Of a stretch of DNA of 64,000 nucleotides, positions 17,889 to 26,984 are shown piece by piece. How positions within the stretch are numbered: the first letter of the stretch is position 1; every line of letters begins with the position of its first letter. Position numbers and translations under genes: made by a program. The notes under the pieces were generated by a model. The model was not told where the DNA came from. It ran no database searches and saw only the letters and a list, made by a program, of their open reading frames with translations. The stretch comes from a virus (taxonomy: Duplodnaviria > Caudoviricetes). The stretch is taken from IMG/VR virus record IMGVR_UViG_3300028886_000058, positions 1 to 64,000 of that record. One strand, 5' to 3'.

Positions 17889-18302
17889 ATGGGATATATG
17901 GTTCCTCTTCGGTTTATTCGCATCTCTAATAAGCGTAGTGATAACAGGCAGTTTGACGTATCAATTTGTGCTACTCGTATTGTGGCTATTATGTCAACAG
18001 AAATATATCAAGCAAGAAAAACAATATCAGACGAAAGAAAAAATGGGACACTGATTAACGGTTGCGGCTTAGCAAAGGCTAAGTCTGCAATTTTCCTTGA
18101 TAATGGTTCAGTTGTATCATCTCCTTTAAGCGTTAAAAGATTAATGGGATTAATAGAAAAAGCAAATGTAAAAGCAAATTCAAAGTTAGATAAACGTATG
18201 CGTGTTTATGACGTATATGATGGTGAGCCAAACGAAGATGATGAAGAAGTTGATGACATAACTTCTGAGTATGACGATTACGATGAAGATGACTTTGAAT
18301 AA
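17889..18302 (+). CDS. RemA/DUF370-like protein with acidic tail
   Basis: ATRIVAIMS...RKTISDERKNGTLIN....KAKSAIFLDNGSVVSS parallels RemA ANRIIAIVS...GMLIDAT..RTRAVIITDS. Confidence 0.65.
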   Translation: MGYMVPLRFIRISNKRSDNRQFDVSICATRIVAIMSTEIYQARKTISDERKNGTLINGCGLAKAKSAIFLDNGSVVSSPLSVKRLMGLIEKANVKANSKLDKRMRVYDVYDGEPNEDDEEVDDITSEYDDYDEDDFE

Positions 18303-18347
18303 TTCGGTACCAAATTATGAAGCCTTTCGAAAGTCAGTATAAGGGAA
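18303..18347 (+). promoter_or_regulatory. Repeated phage promoter/operator motif, copy 2
   Basis: TTCGGTACC..TGAAGCCTTTCGAAA-N6-ATAAGGGA. Confidence 0.6.
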
Positions 18348-18462
18348 AGGTGCCGACTTCAGATGATCGGTTAAATGACCAGTAACATGGCGACCGTCCG
18401 GTGTACACAAATGACGGCGAAAAGAGGTAACAGCCTTGTGATTAATATTTTTTGATTAAGGA

Positions 18463-18681
18463 GTGATGTATTTGAGTGTACACAATTACGGCAGCGAAGA
18501 CCAGAATGACTTGATGGACTTAATCGACAAAGGAGAGGTTGAACCTATGGAAACCACTAAAATTCAAGACCTTATGAAGGAAGTCGAAATTTACAAGCAA
18601 GCTATTCAGGACGCAAAAGATGCGTTAGCTTCTGCCGAAACGGAGCTGGATGAAACGCTTGACGCGGAATTCAACCAGTAA
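18463..18681 (+). CDS. Small acidic coiled-coil protein (start possibly 18547)
   Basis: RBS upstream, terminator downstream. Confidence 0.6.
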   Translation: MMYLSVHNYGSEDQNDLMDLIDKGEVEPMETTKIQDLMKEVEIYKQAIQDAKDALASAETELDETLDAEFNQ

Positions 18682-18687
18682 TGCAGT

Positions 18688-18719
18688 GGGGCAGGAATAA
18701 CATCCTGCCCCTTTTTTTT
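18688..18719 (+). terminator. Intrinsic terminator
   Basis: GGGGCAGGA/TCCTGCCCC stem plus T-run. Confidence 0.85.
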
Positions 18720-18734
18720 ATCTTAGGAGATAGT

Positions 18735-18998
18735 ATGTTTTACAATCAAAAATGGTTTGTTGTTGGAATAGATGAAAAAAACAAAGAGGCTACAATATAT
18801 AACGTTGCAAACGCATCTTTATCTGTTTCTTTGGGTCAAAATATAAACATAAGTGCCGATGTAGATAGGATAAAAAAAGTTGATTTAGAGAGATTAGCAT
18901 CAAAGTTTTTTATTAGTAACATAGAAGATGTTTCTGATGAAGAATTAATAGCATTGTTGAATGAAAATGGATGTTTAAGGAGTGAAAAAGTTGGATAA
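18735..18998 (+). CDS. Hypothetical protein
   Basis: RBS AGGAGA before ATG 18735. Confidence 0.6.
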   Translation: MFYNQKWFVVGIDEKNKEATIYNVANASLSVSLGQNINISADVDRIKKVDLERLASKFFISNIEDVSDEELIALLNENGCLRSEKVG

Positions 18999-19260
18999 AT
19001 TTTCAATTGAACTTTCCAATGGATATAAGATTGTTTCAGAACGTAACACTGGCGAGTTCGATAAGGAACTTTATGTTGGTATCGAATCTCCAAACGGTGC
19101 TTATGTGCAAGATCTAGTTATTATTCGTCCTACCTATAAATTTAAAGAAGATCATGTGGATTTTGACAGCGATAAGTTTGAAATTTTAGTGTTTGGAGAT
19201 GCGGACAAAGACGATTATACAGACAAGTATACTGTTCCGCTACACGAAGATGAAAACTGA
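18982..19260 (+). CDS. Hypothetical protein
   Basis: RBS AAGGA, in operon. Confidence 0.6.
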   Translation: MKKLDKFSIELSNGYKIVSERNTGEFDKELYVGIESPNGAYVQDLVIIRPTYKFKEDHVDFDSDKFEILVFGDADKDDYTDKYTVPLHEDEN

Positions 19261-19819
19261 AAAAATGATTTGGGATTATTTAAACAATAAATTAAATAAT
19301 CCATATGGAACTGCTGCTTTAATGGGAAACTTGTTTGCGGAAAGTTCATTTAATCCAATGCTGGCAAACAATATTAAAAAACGTGGACTTACAAATGCTG
19401 AATATACAGCTCTTGTAGATACAGGAGCATATAACAACTTTGTAAAAGATGGTATTGCTTATGGATTAGCACAATGGTGTTATCATACACGCAAGCAAGG
19501 ACTTCTCGATATAGCAAGAGAAAGAAAAATTTCTATTGGCGATCTTAATCTTCAGTTAGATTATTTATGGATTGAGCTTCAAAAATATACAACAGTTATA
19601 AAAGCTCTCTTTGAAGCTAAAAGCATAAGAGAGGCTTCTGATATTGTGCTAACAAGATACGAAAGACCTGCAAATCAATCAGAAGCAGTAAAAATAAAGC
19701 GGGCAAAGATTGGACAAGAATATTTTGATAAATACAATGTCACACAGCCCGTTATTAGTATTAAAAAAGATATAGCAAAAATGATCATTAGCGAATTACA
19801 AAAGGCCTTAGGAAATTAA
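19250..19819 (+). CDS. Phage tail-type lysozyme (Phage_lysozyme2-like)
   Basis: AALMGNL.AES, YGLAQW, QLDYLWIEL, YERPA. Confidence 0.82.
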   Translation: MKTEKMIWDYLNNKLNNPYGTAALMGNLFAESSFNPMLANNIKKRGLTNAEYTALVDTGAYNNFVKDGIAYGLAQWCYHTRKQGLLDIARERKISIGDLNLQLDYLWIELQKYTTVIKALFEAKSIREASDIVLTRYERPANQSEAVKIKRAKIGQEYFDKYNVTQPVISIKKDIAKMIISELQKALGN

Positions 19820-19883
19820 ACGCAGATCGACCACAGAATTTAATAAAAAAGACAATAAGGTTGGCTGCTCATTAAATATAGGA

Positions 19884-20129
19884 GTGGTTACCTTGGATGA
19901 CTTTGTTGTTTTTGAATTAGATGCAGCACAAAAAGGGTGGAGATGTTCTGGATGCGGCCTGCGGGTTGATGCAATCGGCAGGCCCATCTTTGGTAAGGAA
20001 ATGTTTGTAATTACTGCAAAAGGAACCGCATGGATAGAAAACAGACCTGAGTTTAAATATTGTCCACAATGCGGTAAGAGAGCAAGCAGTTTAAAGTATA
20101 TAAAGGAAGCCGGTGGCTTACATGCCTAA
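19884..20129 (+). CDS. Zn-ribbon protein
   Basis: CSGCG and YCPQCG. Confidence 0.6.
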   Translation: MVTLDDFVVFELDAAQKGWRCSGCGLRVDAIGRPIFGKEMFVITAKGTAWIENRPEFKYCPQCGKRASSLKYIKEAGGLHA

Positions 20130-20673
20130 GGCTTCGGATAATGAAGTAATAAATTTTCCTAGAATGTATAATGTTTTAGGAGCAGACCTATCACTTAAAA
20201 GGCCTGGGTTTGCTTTATTAACTGTTGATAAAACAAGCGATGAAACTAAATTAATATTAAAAAAAATAAGTTCTGTAGATAACAAAAACGATAGAAAAAA
20301 ATGTCATGGAGAATTGCTTTCTGATATTCGTATAGCTTTTTTAAATGCGGCTTTTCCGTCTTATAATACTTTTTTTGTAAGAGAGACTGAAATAATGCAT
20401 ATGAAAACTCCAGCAGAAAGAAACTTATCCAAAGTTGTCGGTTTGTTAGACTGGCAATTATGGAACTTATATAAAAAAGAATGGTACAGCATTTATCCTG
20501 TTACAATCAAGAAACTTATAACCGGGTCTGGCAAATCAGAAAAAGAAGAAGTCGCCAAATCGCTTGAAGCATATGTCGGGAAACAAGATTACAAGTGTGA
20601 TGATGAATCAGATGCTGTTGCTGTTGCAATTGCGTGGTTAATTCAGCAAGGCGAATTAAAGGAGCTTGTATGA
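20113..20673 (+). CDS. ruvC: RuvC-like Holliday junction resolvase
   Basis: LGADLS, E, P.TIKK.ITGSG.S.K, DDESDAVAVA. Confidence 0.82.
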   Translation: MAYMPKASDNEVINFPRMYNVLGADLSLKRPGFALLTVDKTSDETKLILKKISSVDNKNDRKKCHGELLSDIRIAFLNAAFPSYNTFFVRETEIMHMKTPAERNLSKVVGLLDWQLWNLYKKEWYSIYPVTIKKLITGSGKSEKEEVAKSLEAYVGKQDYKCDDESDAVAVAIAWLIQQGELKELV

Positions 20674-20939
20674 AAAGAACATACATATATAGATTAGAAG
20701 TAGGATACGATAAAAAGCCGCCAGAAGTAATCGAATTTTTTTATGCGCCAAATGCTAAACGGTTAATACAGTATGCCCAAACAATGTATCACGATAAAAA
20801 ATACAATAAATATAAACCAGTTAAAGTTGGTATTTCAAGAGATAAAGAACCCATTCGGATGATATCTTCATTTGAAGCGGCATATCTAAAAAAGAACATG
20901 AATGGGGAATTCTATTCTGAAAGGTATGAAACCGAATGA
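20670..20939 (+). CDS. Hypothetical protein
   Basis: RBS AAGGAG, overlapping start/stop. Confidence 0.6.
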   Translation: MKRTYIYRLEVGYDKKPPEVIEFFYAPNAKRLIQYAQTMYHDKKYNKYKPVKVGISRDKEPIRMISSFEAAYLKKNMNGEFYSERYETE

Positions 20940-21307
20940 AAGTAATCTTTTTTACGGTAGACAATGTTTTAAATTTCCCAGAATCTGATGCAATAGCTCC
21001 AAGTGGACGAAAAGGAGTTGCAGATTCTTGTGTAAAAAAACTTAAGAGCCTTGCTATAGAATCAGGTTCAAAAATAGTTTTAATTGGGCCTTGGAAAAAA
21101 GATTGGGATTTTGATGATACAAAATGCACTTCTGATGGAACATATTTAAATAAAAAATTAAATAAAAGAGGATTACATATTTTAGATAAAATTCGAGATG
21201 ATATGACAGACGAAGACGGTTATGCTGACTGGATTCGCAGACATCCAAACGTAACTGAATCGTGTGTTTTAACAGATATAGATAATATTAAATGGACGGA
21301 GTGGTAA
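20936..21307 (+). CDS. HAD-like protein (Swiss-Army-knife RNA-repair HAD type), degenerate motif I
   Basis: KVIFFTVDNVLN versus the usual FLDIDGVLN; KIVL...W. Confidence 0.55.
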   Translation: MKVIFFTVDNVLNFPESDAIAPSGRKGVADSCVKKLKSLAIESGSKIVLIGPWKKDWDFDDTKCTSDGTYLNKKLNKRGLHILDKIRDDMTDEDGYADWIRRHPNVTESCVLTDIDNIKWTEW

Positions 21308-21308
21308 C

Positions 21309-21494
21309 TTGGAAGAATTTAAAAGAAGGATGATTAAAGCACTTCTAAAAAAGATTAAAGAAGTCCATGATTTAGAAACAAAACTTGCTATTTACGAAAT
21401 TCTCTTAACAGACGAGGAAAAGCAAGCTGCTGATCTTTTTACTCAAGTAATACTTAAAAAATCAAAAGGAGGTGATGTAAGTGACCCCACATGA
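21309..21494 (+). CDS. Hypothetical protein
   Basis: RBS, in operon. Confidence 0.5.
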   Translation: MEEFKRRMIKALLKKIKEVHDLETKLAIYEILLTDEEKQAADLFTQVILKKSKGGDVSDPT

Positions 21495-21535
21495 ACTGAT
21501 TATAATGCTTTCAAGCTATCAGGGGCCTTGCTAGT

Positions 21536-21715
21536 ATGAGGTTTTGCGCATACTGTCCAGAAGATCATAATACAGCAGAAGTAAAAGAATGTGTTGAAAA
21601 CATGTATAAAGAAATTTATCTTTTACAACAAGATAAAGATAAACTTCTTGAAGACATAATTAAAATACGTAAAGCATACAGGGAGGCTACTGGTAATGAA
21701 TATACGTTTGATTAA
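21536..21715 (+). CDS. Small hypothetical protein MRFCAYCPED.. (not in ORF track)
   Basis: 59-aa ORF read by eye; fills the gap. Confidence 0.45.
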   Translation: MRFCAYCPEDHNTAEVKECVENMYKEIYLLQQDKDKLLEDIIKIRKAYREATGNEYTFD

Positions 21716-22331
21716 AGCTGACGGGTTTGCACCTGCGATATACGCAATGCGGTCGCCAATGTCGTCATGGCATTTAAGTGATTCGGTTTGGGAAATTACT
21801 CAAGGTGATGGAGAAACCATTGAGAAATTTGTTCTTGGTGAAAAAGACAAAGAGCTTTCTTTGAAACTTCAGAAAGCTGGTCCTGAACATTGTAAACATT
21901 TAAGGATGATTCAAGCGTGGGTTGAAATTGAAGCGCCATTGTATCTTTGGAAGCAAATTGATACATATCGCTTTGGCGTAGAAAAAGTTTCGACATCAAC
22001 CATGCACACATTAACAAGACGTCCGTTAACAGACGATGACTTTGAGCATGATAGTATGAATAATGATTATTTGCACTATGTTCTGGACAGCATCAATTCT
22101 TCAATGGAAGCATGGAGAGCCGAAGAAGACCCAGAATATAAAAAGCAAATCTGGCAAAGCATTATTCAAGCATTACCTGAATCATTTATACAAAAAAGGA
22201 CAGTAATGTTTTCTTATGCAGCATTAAGAAATATTGTTCGCCAAAGAGAAGGGCATAAATTAAAAGATTGGAAAGAGTTTATAGAGTTTTGTCACACTCT
22301 TCCTTATAGTTTTATGATATTTGATGAATAA
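21696..22331 (+). CDS. ThyX/Thy1-like flavoprotein-fold protein
   Basis: H.KHLRMI, EAPLY.WKQ.DTYR, STMH, LPES...RT...Y.ALRNI..QR..HKL..W. Confidence 0.55.
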   Translation: MNIRLIKADGFAPAIYAMRSPMSSWHLSDSVWEITQGDGETIEKFVLGEKDKELSLKLQKAGPEHCKHLRMIQAWVEIEAPLYLWKQIDTYRFGVEKVSTSTMHTLTRRPLTDDDFEHDSMNNDYLHYVLDSINSSMEAWRAEEDPEYKKQIWQSIIQALPESFIQKRTVMFSYAALRNIVRQREGHKLKDWKEFIEFCHTLPYSFMIFDE

Positions 22332-22346
22332 AAGAAAGGTTAACAA

Positions 22347-23048
22347 ATGAGAAGATATGATATTCCGTATGTTCCAAATGGGCCTGTGCATTATTATCCG
22401 GTTGTCGCATTGGAAGATATGACGCTTCAGGAAATTAAAAAGAAACATATAGACACATGCGGAAAAGCAAGAGGAGATTTTGCTGTTTGTTCAAGATGTA
22501 AAACACCTTGCGAAGCGGGGAAAAGAGCAGCACAGTTGTTGGCAAATGAAGTATATAGTGATCCACCAATACCGTTGTATGGTGGTAAAACATTGATCGA
22601 AAAAGCGAGAGAAGAAAATATAAGACGGCGTGAAATGGAAAAAGTAAAGATGGAAGAAGAAAAAGTAAAGATAGATGAGCCAAAAGTAGAAGAAAAAGCG
22701 AAGACTCGTTCCGAAGTCCCGTTTACTGGTTGGTGGGAAGTTTCGCTTCAATCCGGAGATCAAATCAAATGGCTAATGGATGAGATGGGAATTGATAAAG
22801 CAAAGGCTAAGAAAAAGATTTATCAATACAAATGGATGCATGGATTGACGGGGAAGACAGAAAAAAGAACGGAACAGAGATTTGAAAGTATCGAGACAAA
22901 GCTTGAACTTTTAATGAAGAAACAAGAAGAGCATAAGAATGCAATGGATAAGTATATGGAACTTTATAATCAGGAAAAAGAGAAATACGATACTATAAAG
23001 CAAAAGACTGATATTCTTTGTAATGCGGTGGATATTATGAATGAATGA
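22347..23048 (+). CDS. Hypothetical protein (Cys cluster, coiled coil)
   Basis: ORF with RBS. Confidence 0.65.
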   Translation: MRRYDIPYVPNGPVHYYPVVALEDMTLQEIKKKHIDTCGKARGDFAVCSRCKTPCEAGKRAAQLLANEVYSDPPIPLYGGKTLIEKAREENIRRREMEKVKMEEEKVKIDEPKVEEKAKTRSEVPFTGWWEVSLQSGDQIKWLMDEMGIDKAKAKKKIYQYKWMHGLTGKTEKRTEQRFESIETKLELLMKKQEEHKNAMDKYMELYNQEKEKYDTIKQKTDILCNAVDIMNE

Positions 23049-23123
23049 TTGGGAGAGGGCGGCATTGAAAGCCGCCCTCGACCGAAAAATATGTGGGTAA
23101 AAATGGTTAAAAAGGAGCAAAAT

Positions 23124-23330
23124 ATGTGGATTATCGTTAAAGATAAGCTTGGAAATAAACGACATGTTAATACGAAATTTTTAACTGATTTTTATTTTAA
23201 CGGGGAAGACACGATTATTTGGCTGATTAATGGTGCGCCAATAGAAGTGCCCGGAGATTACGAAAAGGATATCATGATGGCAATTCGTATGAGTGATGTT
23301 GGGTTAGGAGTGAAGCAGATTGGAGAATGA
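23124..23330 (+). CDS. Hypothetical protein
   Basis: RBS AAGGAG before ATG 23124. Confidence 0.55.
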   Translation: MWIIVKDKLGNKRHVNTKFLTDFYFNGEDTIIWLINGAPIEVPGDYEKDIMMAIRMSDVGLGVKQIGE

Positions 23331-23919
23331 CAGAATATTTGAATTTATTAAGTTGTGGAGAGATTATGCGTCTGAGGAAAGCGACGAGCTTGTTATGGCA
23401 AATAATAAGTTTATGACGTACCTTGAAAATGGTGGTTTCTTTACGGCTCCTGCTTCGACTAAATACCACGGAGCATACGAAGGCGGTCTGTATGATCACA
23501 GCAAACAGGTTTTCCTTAGACTTTGGGAGCTTACAGAAAAAAACGATTTATGTTGGCAAAGAGATGAAAGTCCTTTTATTATTGGAATGTTTCATGATTT
23601 ATGTAAGTGTGATCAATACAAAAAAGTTTATGATGAAGACTTTGATTGCACAGCAAGCGGAGAAAGAATTAGCACAAAAGAAAAATTCCATTATGAGTTT
23701 AATGCAAATACGTTGTTAAAGGGTCATGCCGTTAAATCATTAATGTTGCTATCTCAGTTTATCAATCTTACAGAAGAAGAAATGTTGTGTATCAGATATC
23801 ATATGGGGCCTTATGAAAAAGAAGAATGGGCCGAATACGATGCGGCTATTCGCAAATATCAAAATGTTCTTTGGACTCATCATGCTGACATGCTGGCATC
23901 GAAGGTTGATAATATATGA
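23320..23919 (+). CDS. HD-domain phosphohydrolase
   Basis: APASTKYH..YEGGL.DHS, HDLCK, HMG, AD. Confidence 0.85.
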   Translation: MENDRIFEFIKLWRDYASEESDELVMANNKFMTYLENGGFFTAPASTKYHGAYEGGLYDHSKQVFLRLWELTEKNDLCWQRDESPFIIGMFHDLCKCDQYKKVYDEDFDCTASGERISTKEKFHYEFNANTLLKGHAVKSLMLLSQFINLTEEEMLCIRYHMGPYEKEEWAEYDAAIRKYQNVLWTHHADMLASKVDNI

Positions 23920-24170
23920 CAGACAGATATTCGTTTGATGAAATTTTCAAAGTGTATCAGGAAGCACGTTATGGTTGGAACATGACAACCAATACGACAA
24001 CAAATAAATATATTAACAGCCTAAACACTGTAACATCTACTATATCAGATTGTTCTGGATACATACAACCTTCTCCAACAATACAATGGACAATGTTCGC
24101 AGAAGCATTCAACAAAAGAAAAGAAATAACGGAGGAAGAGATTATTGATTTGATAAAGGGTGATAAATAA
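23916..24170 (+). CDS. Hypothetical protein
   Basis: Thr-rich; C-terminal EITEEEIIDLI. Confidence 0.6.
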   Translation: MTDRYSFDEIFKVYQEARYGWNMTTNTTTNKYINSLNTVTSTISDCSGYIQPSPTIQWTMFAEAFNKRKEITEEEIIDLIKGDK

Positions 24171-24458
24171 ATGCCAACCGACTATCCAAATTTTAATTAT
24201 CCTGTTACAACAAATACTTATACCACATACGCAACAAATAATACAACACAAGGTTATTTGACATATGATCGTATTAACAACAATTTGTTATGGGATTATG
24301 ATATTGGAACAAACACCGTAAAAGTTAAGGAAAGATACATAACACAAGAAACATTGGATAATTTTGCTCATAGAATATATAAAATTATAAAAGAAAATAC
24401 ACGAATAGACATTTCCGAAGATGAATTTATGAACCTGCTTAAAGAAGGTGAAGATTGA
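24171..24458 (+). CDS. Hypothetical protein
   Basis: Thr-rich; C-terminal DISEDEFMNLL. Confidence 0.6.
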   Translation: MPTDYPNFNYPVTTNTYTTYATNNTTQGYLTYDRINNNLLWDYDIGTNTVKVKERYITQETLDNFAHRIYKIIKENTRIDISEDEFMNLLKEGED

Positions 24459-25003
24459 TGCTTGGGCGGCTGAAAGATTTAAAAATAAACCATGATGGCA
24501 CCCAAGACATTGTTGTTACTGTTCAAAGCGACTTTAGTGAAATGTTTGACGAACTTATCGAAAAGGATGTCGACATCGATATAAAAAGACACTCCAAGCG
24601 AAGATCAATGGACAGCAATAACTTAGCCTGGGCTTTAATAGATCAAATAGCAGCAAGAGTTAATAAAAAGAAAAGTGAAGTTTATCGTGAAGCAATAAAA
24701 GATATTGGCGGTGTTTCGGATATAGTATGCGCTAAAAACATCGCAGTTGAAAAATTAATAAAAGGATGGACAAGTAAAGGACTTGGATGGCAAGCCGAAA
24801 CGGAGCCGTCTAAGATTCCTGGGTGTACAAACGTTACGTTGTATTATGGAAGTTCAGTTTTTGACACAAAACAGATGAACGACTTAATCCAAAGTTTAAT
24901 CCAAGACGCAAACGCATTAGGGCTACCCGTAATAACACAAGATGAAATAGACAGATCATTGGCTATATGGGCAAGGAAGAATGAGCAAGTCCATACTGAG
25001 TAA
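24455..25003 (+). CDS. NinB-like recombination accessory protein
   Basis: RRS.DSN...WA...IA; GSS.FDTKQM..LI......ALG. Confidence 0.65.
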   Translation: MMLGRLKDLKINHDGTQDIVVTVQSDFSEMFDELIEKDVDIDIKRHSKRRSMDSNNLAWALIDQIAARVNKKKSEVYREAIKDIGGVSDIVCAKNIAVEKLIKGWTSKGLGWQAETEPSKIPGCTNVTLYYGSSVFDTKQMNDLIQSLIQDANALGLPVITQDEIDRSLAIWARKNEQVHTE

Positions 25004-25256
25004 TGAAGAAAAGTGTTATTTGTGCGGACGACAGTATAATTTAGAGCGGCATCATATTATGGCAGGCCCAAACCGTAAATGGTCGGAGAAGTATGGGGTC
25101 TGGTGTTTTTTATGTCATAATTGCCATACTGGTACAGAAGGCGCTCAATATGATAAGAACAAAAATTTACAACTGAAAGCAGAAGCCCAACAAGCGTTTG
25201 AAGAAATATATGGTCACGATAAATGGATGGAAGTTTTTAGAAAGAACTATATTTAG
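24981..25256 (+). CDS. HNH/Ref-like small nuclease
   Basis: CYLCG, ERHH, LCHNCH. Confidence 0.65.
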   Translation: MSKSILSNEEKCYLCGRQYNLERHHIMAGPNRKWSEKYGVWCFLCHNCHTGTEGAQYDKNKNLQLKAEAQQAFEEIYGHDKWMEVFRKNYI

Positions 25257-25265
25257 GAGGCTATT

Positions 25266-25475
25266 ATGAATTCCAAGGAAAGAATTAAGAATTACATGAA
25301 AACATTCGGTTCTATATCCACTATGGAAGCGTTTATGGATCTTGGGATCACAAGGCTTGGCGCAAGAATTATGGATCTTGAACGAGAAGGAATTCCAATT
25401 GAACGTAAAAGAGAGTCCTCTGTGAATAGGTTTGGCGAGAAAGTCAATTACATGAGATATTCGATTGGTGAATAA
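25266..25475 (+). CDS. Winged HTH DNA-binding protein
   Basis: GSIST.EA...GITRL.ARI.DL. Confidence 0.7.
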   Translation: MNSKERIKNYMKTFGSISTMEAFMDLGITRLGARIMDLEREGIPIERKRESSVNRFGEKVNYMRYSIGE

Positions 25476-25513
25476 ATTATCATCGACAATTTTTTTATCC
25501 TTTTATAATCGAT

Positions 25514-25717
25514 ATGACTATAGAAGATATAAAAAAAATAAATAAGGATATCTTAACACCAAATGATATAGCTCCGGTGTTAGGGTGTGATCCAAATATC
25601 ATACGCTGGCAAGCAAAGCATGATATTAAGCAATTAGGCTTTCCTGCAACTAAAATTGGTTCCAGAGTTAAAATACCTAAAATAGGTTTTATAAAATGGT
25701 TTGAGGGAAAACAATGA
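25514..25717 (+). CDS. Excisionase-like HTH protein
   Basis: LTP.DIA.VLG...GFP..KIG.RVKIP; upstream of the integrase. Confidence 0.6.
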   Translation: MTIEDIKKINKDILTPNDIAPVLGCDPNIIRWQAKHDIKQLGFPATKIGSRVKIPKIGFIKWFEGKQ

Positions 25718-25914
25718 AAACATATGCAATGTATATTGGCAAAAAAGATACAAAAGTGCCAAAATGTCGTGTGTATATAGTAGGGTTTTATCAGACTTTA
25801 AATTCATATGTTATAAGATGTATGAAAACAGAATTTGTTTATTCATCAATGAAATCTGTATTGAATGACTGGAAGTTCTTTGCTGAAGTATCTGACCCGG
25901 TTTTGTTTGAATAA
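25714..25914 (+). CDS. Hypothetical protein
   Basis: Overlapping start/stop. Confidence 0.5.
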   Translation: MKTYAMYIGKKDTKVPKCRVYIVGFYQTLNSYVIRCMKTEFVYSSMKSVLNDWKFFAEVSDPVLFE

Positions 25915-25915
25915 G

Positions 25916-25944
25916 TTTACAAGAATAAGTTTTGTTGTTATAAT
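25916..25944 (+). promoter_or_regulatory. Sigma-A type promoter for the integrase
   Basis: TTTACA-17 nt-TATAAT with extended TG. Confidence 0.65.
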
Positions 25945-25970
25945 TCTCCTACTAGTCGCAGGAGGCATGT

Positions 25971-26984
25971 ATGGGCAAGTCAAAAGCCAGAGGCAACGGT
26001 CAAGGATCTGCAATTAAAAGAGGAAAGTATTGGGAAGCACGAGTTGTTATAGGATGGAAACCAAATTCAGATAACACAAAATTACTTCCTATTATAAAGA
26101 CAAAGTGCGGGTTCAAGACCAAGAAAGAAGCCCTGGCTTTTTGCCCTACGTTAAAAGAATTGAACGGTCGTCCAACAAAGTCTCCTACGCTGGAATATTA
26201 TTGGAATTTATACAAAAATGGTGAGTACCAGAACTTATCCGACAGTAAACAATGTGCCGACAGAATAGCATGGAATAAACTTGAGAAGATACATCACCAT
26301 GAAATAGCATCGCTAACAATAGGCGATTTAAGAAATTCAATTCAAGGCTTAACTTATTATCCTGCAAGGGATGTAAAACAAGTGTTAAGTCACTTATTCA
26401 AATTAGCCGGAGCTGACAGATGGGTAGACAAAACACTACCGACTTATATAGTTCTTCCAACATTAGAAGAAAAGGAACGTAAACCATTTACGGAAGAAGA
26501 ACAGAAAGCTATTTGGAAAGTTTACGAAGAAGGAAACAAATGGGCTGGAGCTATTCTTGTAATGATTTATACCGGAATGATGACTGGGGAGATCAGAAGA
26601 TTAAAACCGGAAATGGTTGATCTTGAGAACAGACGTATAGTAGGCGTTGGCATTAAAACTAAAGTACGAAAGAAAGCTGTTATATATTTGGCAAAAGATA
26701 TTATTCCTATTCTGGAAGATGCTTTGAAAGAAGGCCTCTGGTATTGCAGCAAGGATGTCTTTTACAAGCACTATTATCAAGCCTTGAGTCAGGCTGGTTG
26801 TCGAAAGCTTAGTCCTTATTCATGCAGACATACTACTGCCACCGCACTCACAGTTACTGAGGGGGTCGCGCCACAGACAGTACAGAAGATCATGAGATGG
26901 GCTTCTACAAAAATGTTGGATCGTTATGCGCATCCGGATGAGGAAAGCGTAAGAAACGCAATAGAAGTCTTAAATAAGAAATAA
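25971..26984 (+). CDS. int: Tyrosine recombinase/integrase
   Basis: RGNGQGS arm-binding N-terminus, YTGM.TGE, K, YSCRHT, W, RYAH. Confidence 0.88.
   Translation: MGKSKARGNGQGSAIKRGKYWEARVVIGWKPNSDNTKLLPIIKTKCGFKTKKEALAFCPTLKELNGRPTKSPTLEYYWNLYKNGEYQNLSDSKQCADRIAWNKLEKIHHHEIASLTIGDLRNSIQGLTYYPARDVKQVLSHLFKLAGADRWVDKTLPTYIVLPTLEEKERKPFTEEEQKAIWKVYEEGNKWAGAILVMIYTGMMTGEIRRLKPEMVDLENRRIVGVGIKTKVRKKAVIYLAKDIIPILEDALKEGLWYCSKDVFYKHYYQALSQAGCRKLSPYSCRHTTATALTVTEGVAPQTVQKIMRWASTKMLDRYAHPDEESVRNAIEVLNKK

Noticed and set aside
21481-21715. TAG read-through or frameshift joining MTPHELIIMLSSYQGPC to the next ORF
   Set aside because: Read-through hits TAA soon after. A +1 shift or sequencing indel is possible but cannot be distinguished from two small ORFs.
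23049-23123. N-terminal extension of ORF 23049
   Set aside because: It spans a GC hairpin (GAGGGCGGC/GCCGCCCTC); a better RBS supports ATG 23124.
25483-25509. Sigma-A promoter TCGACA..TATAAT before the xis-like gene
   Set aside because: The spacer is only 15 nt; not supportable without TSS data.
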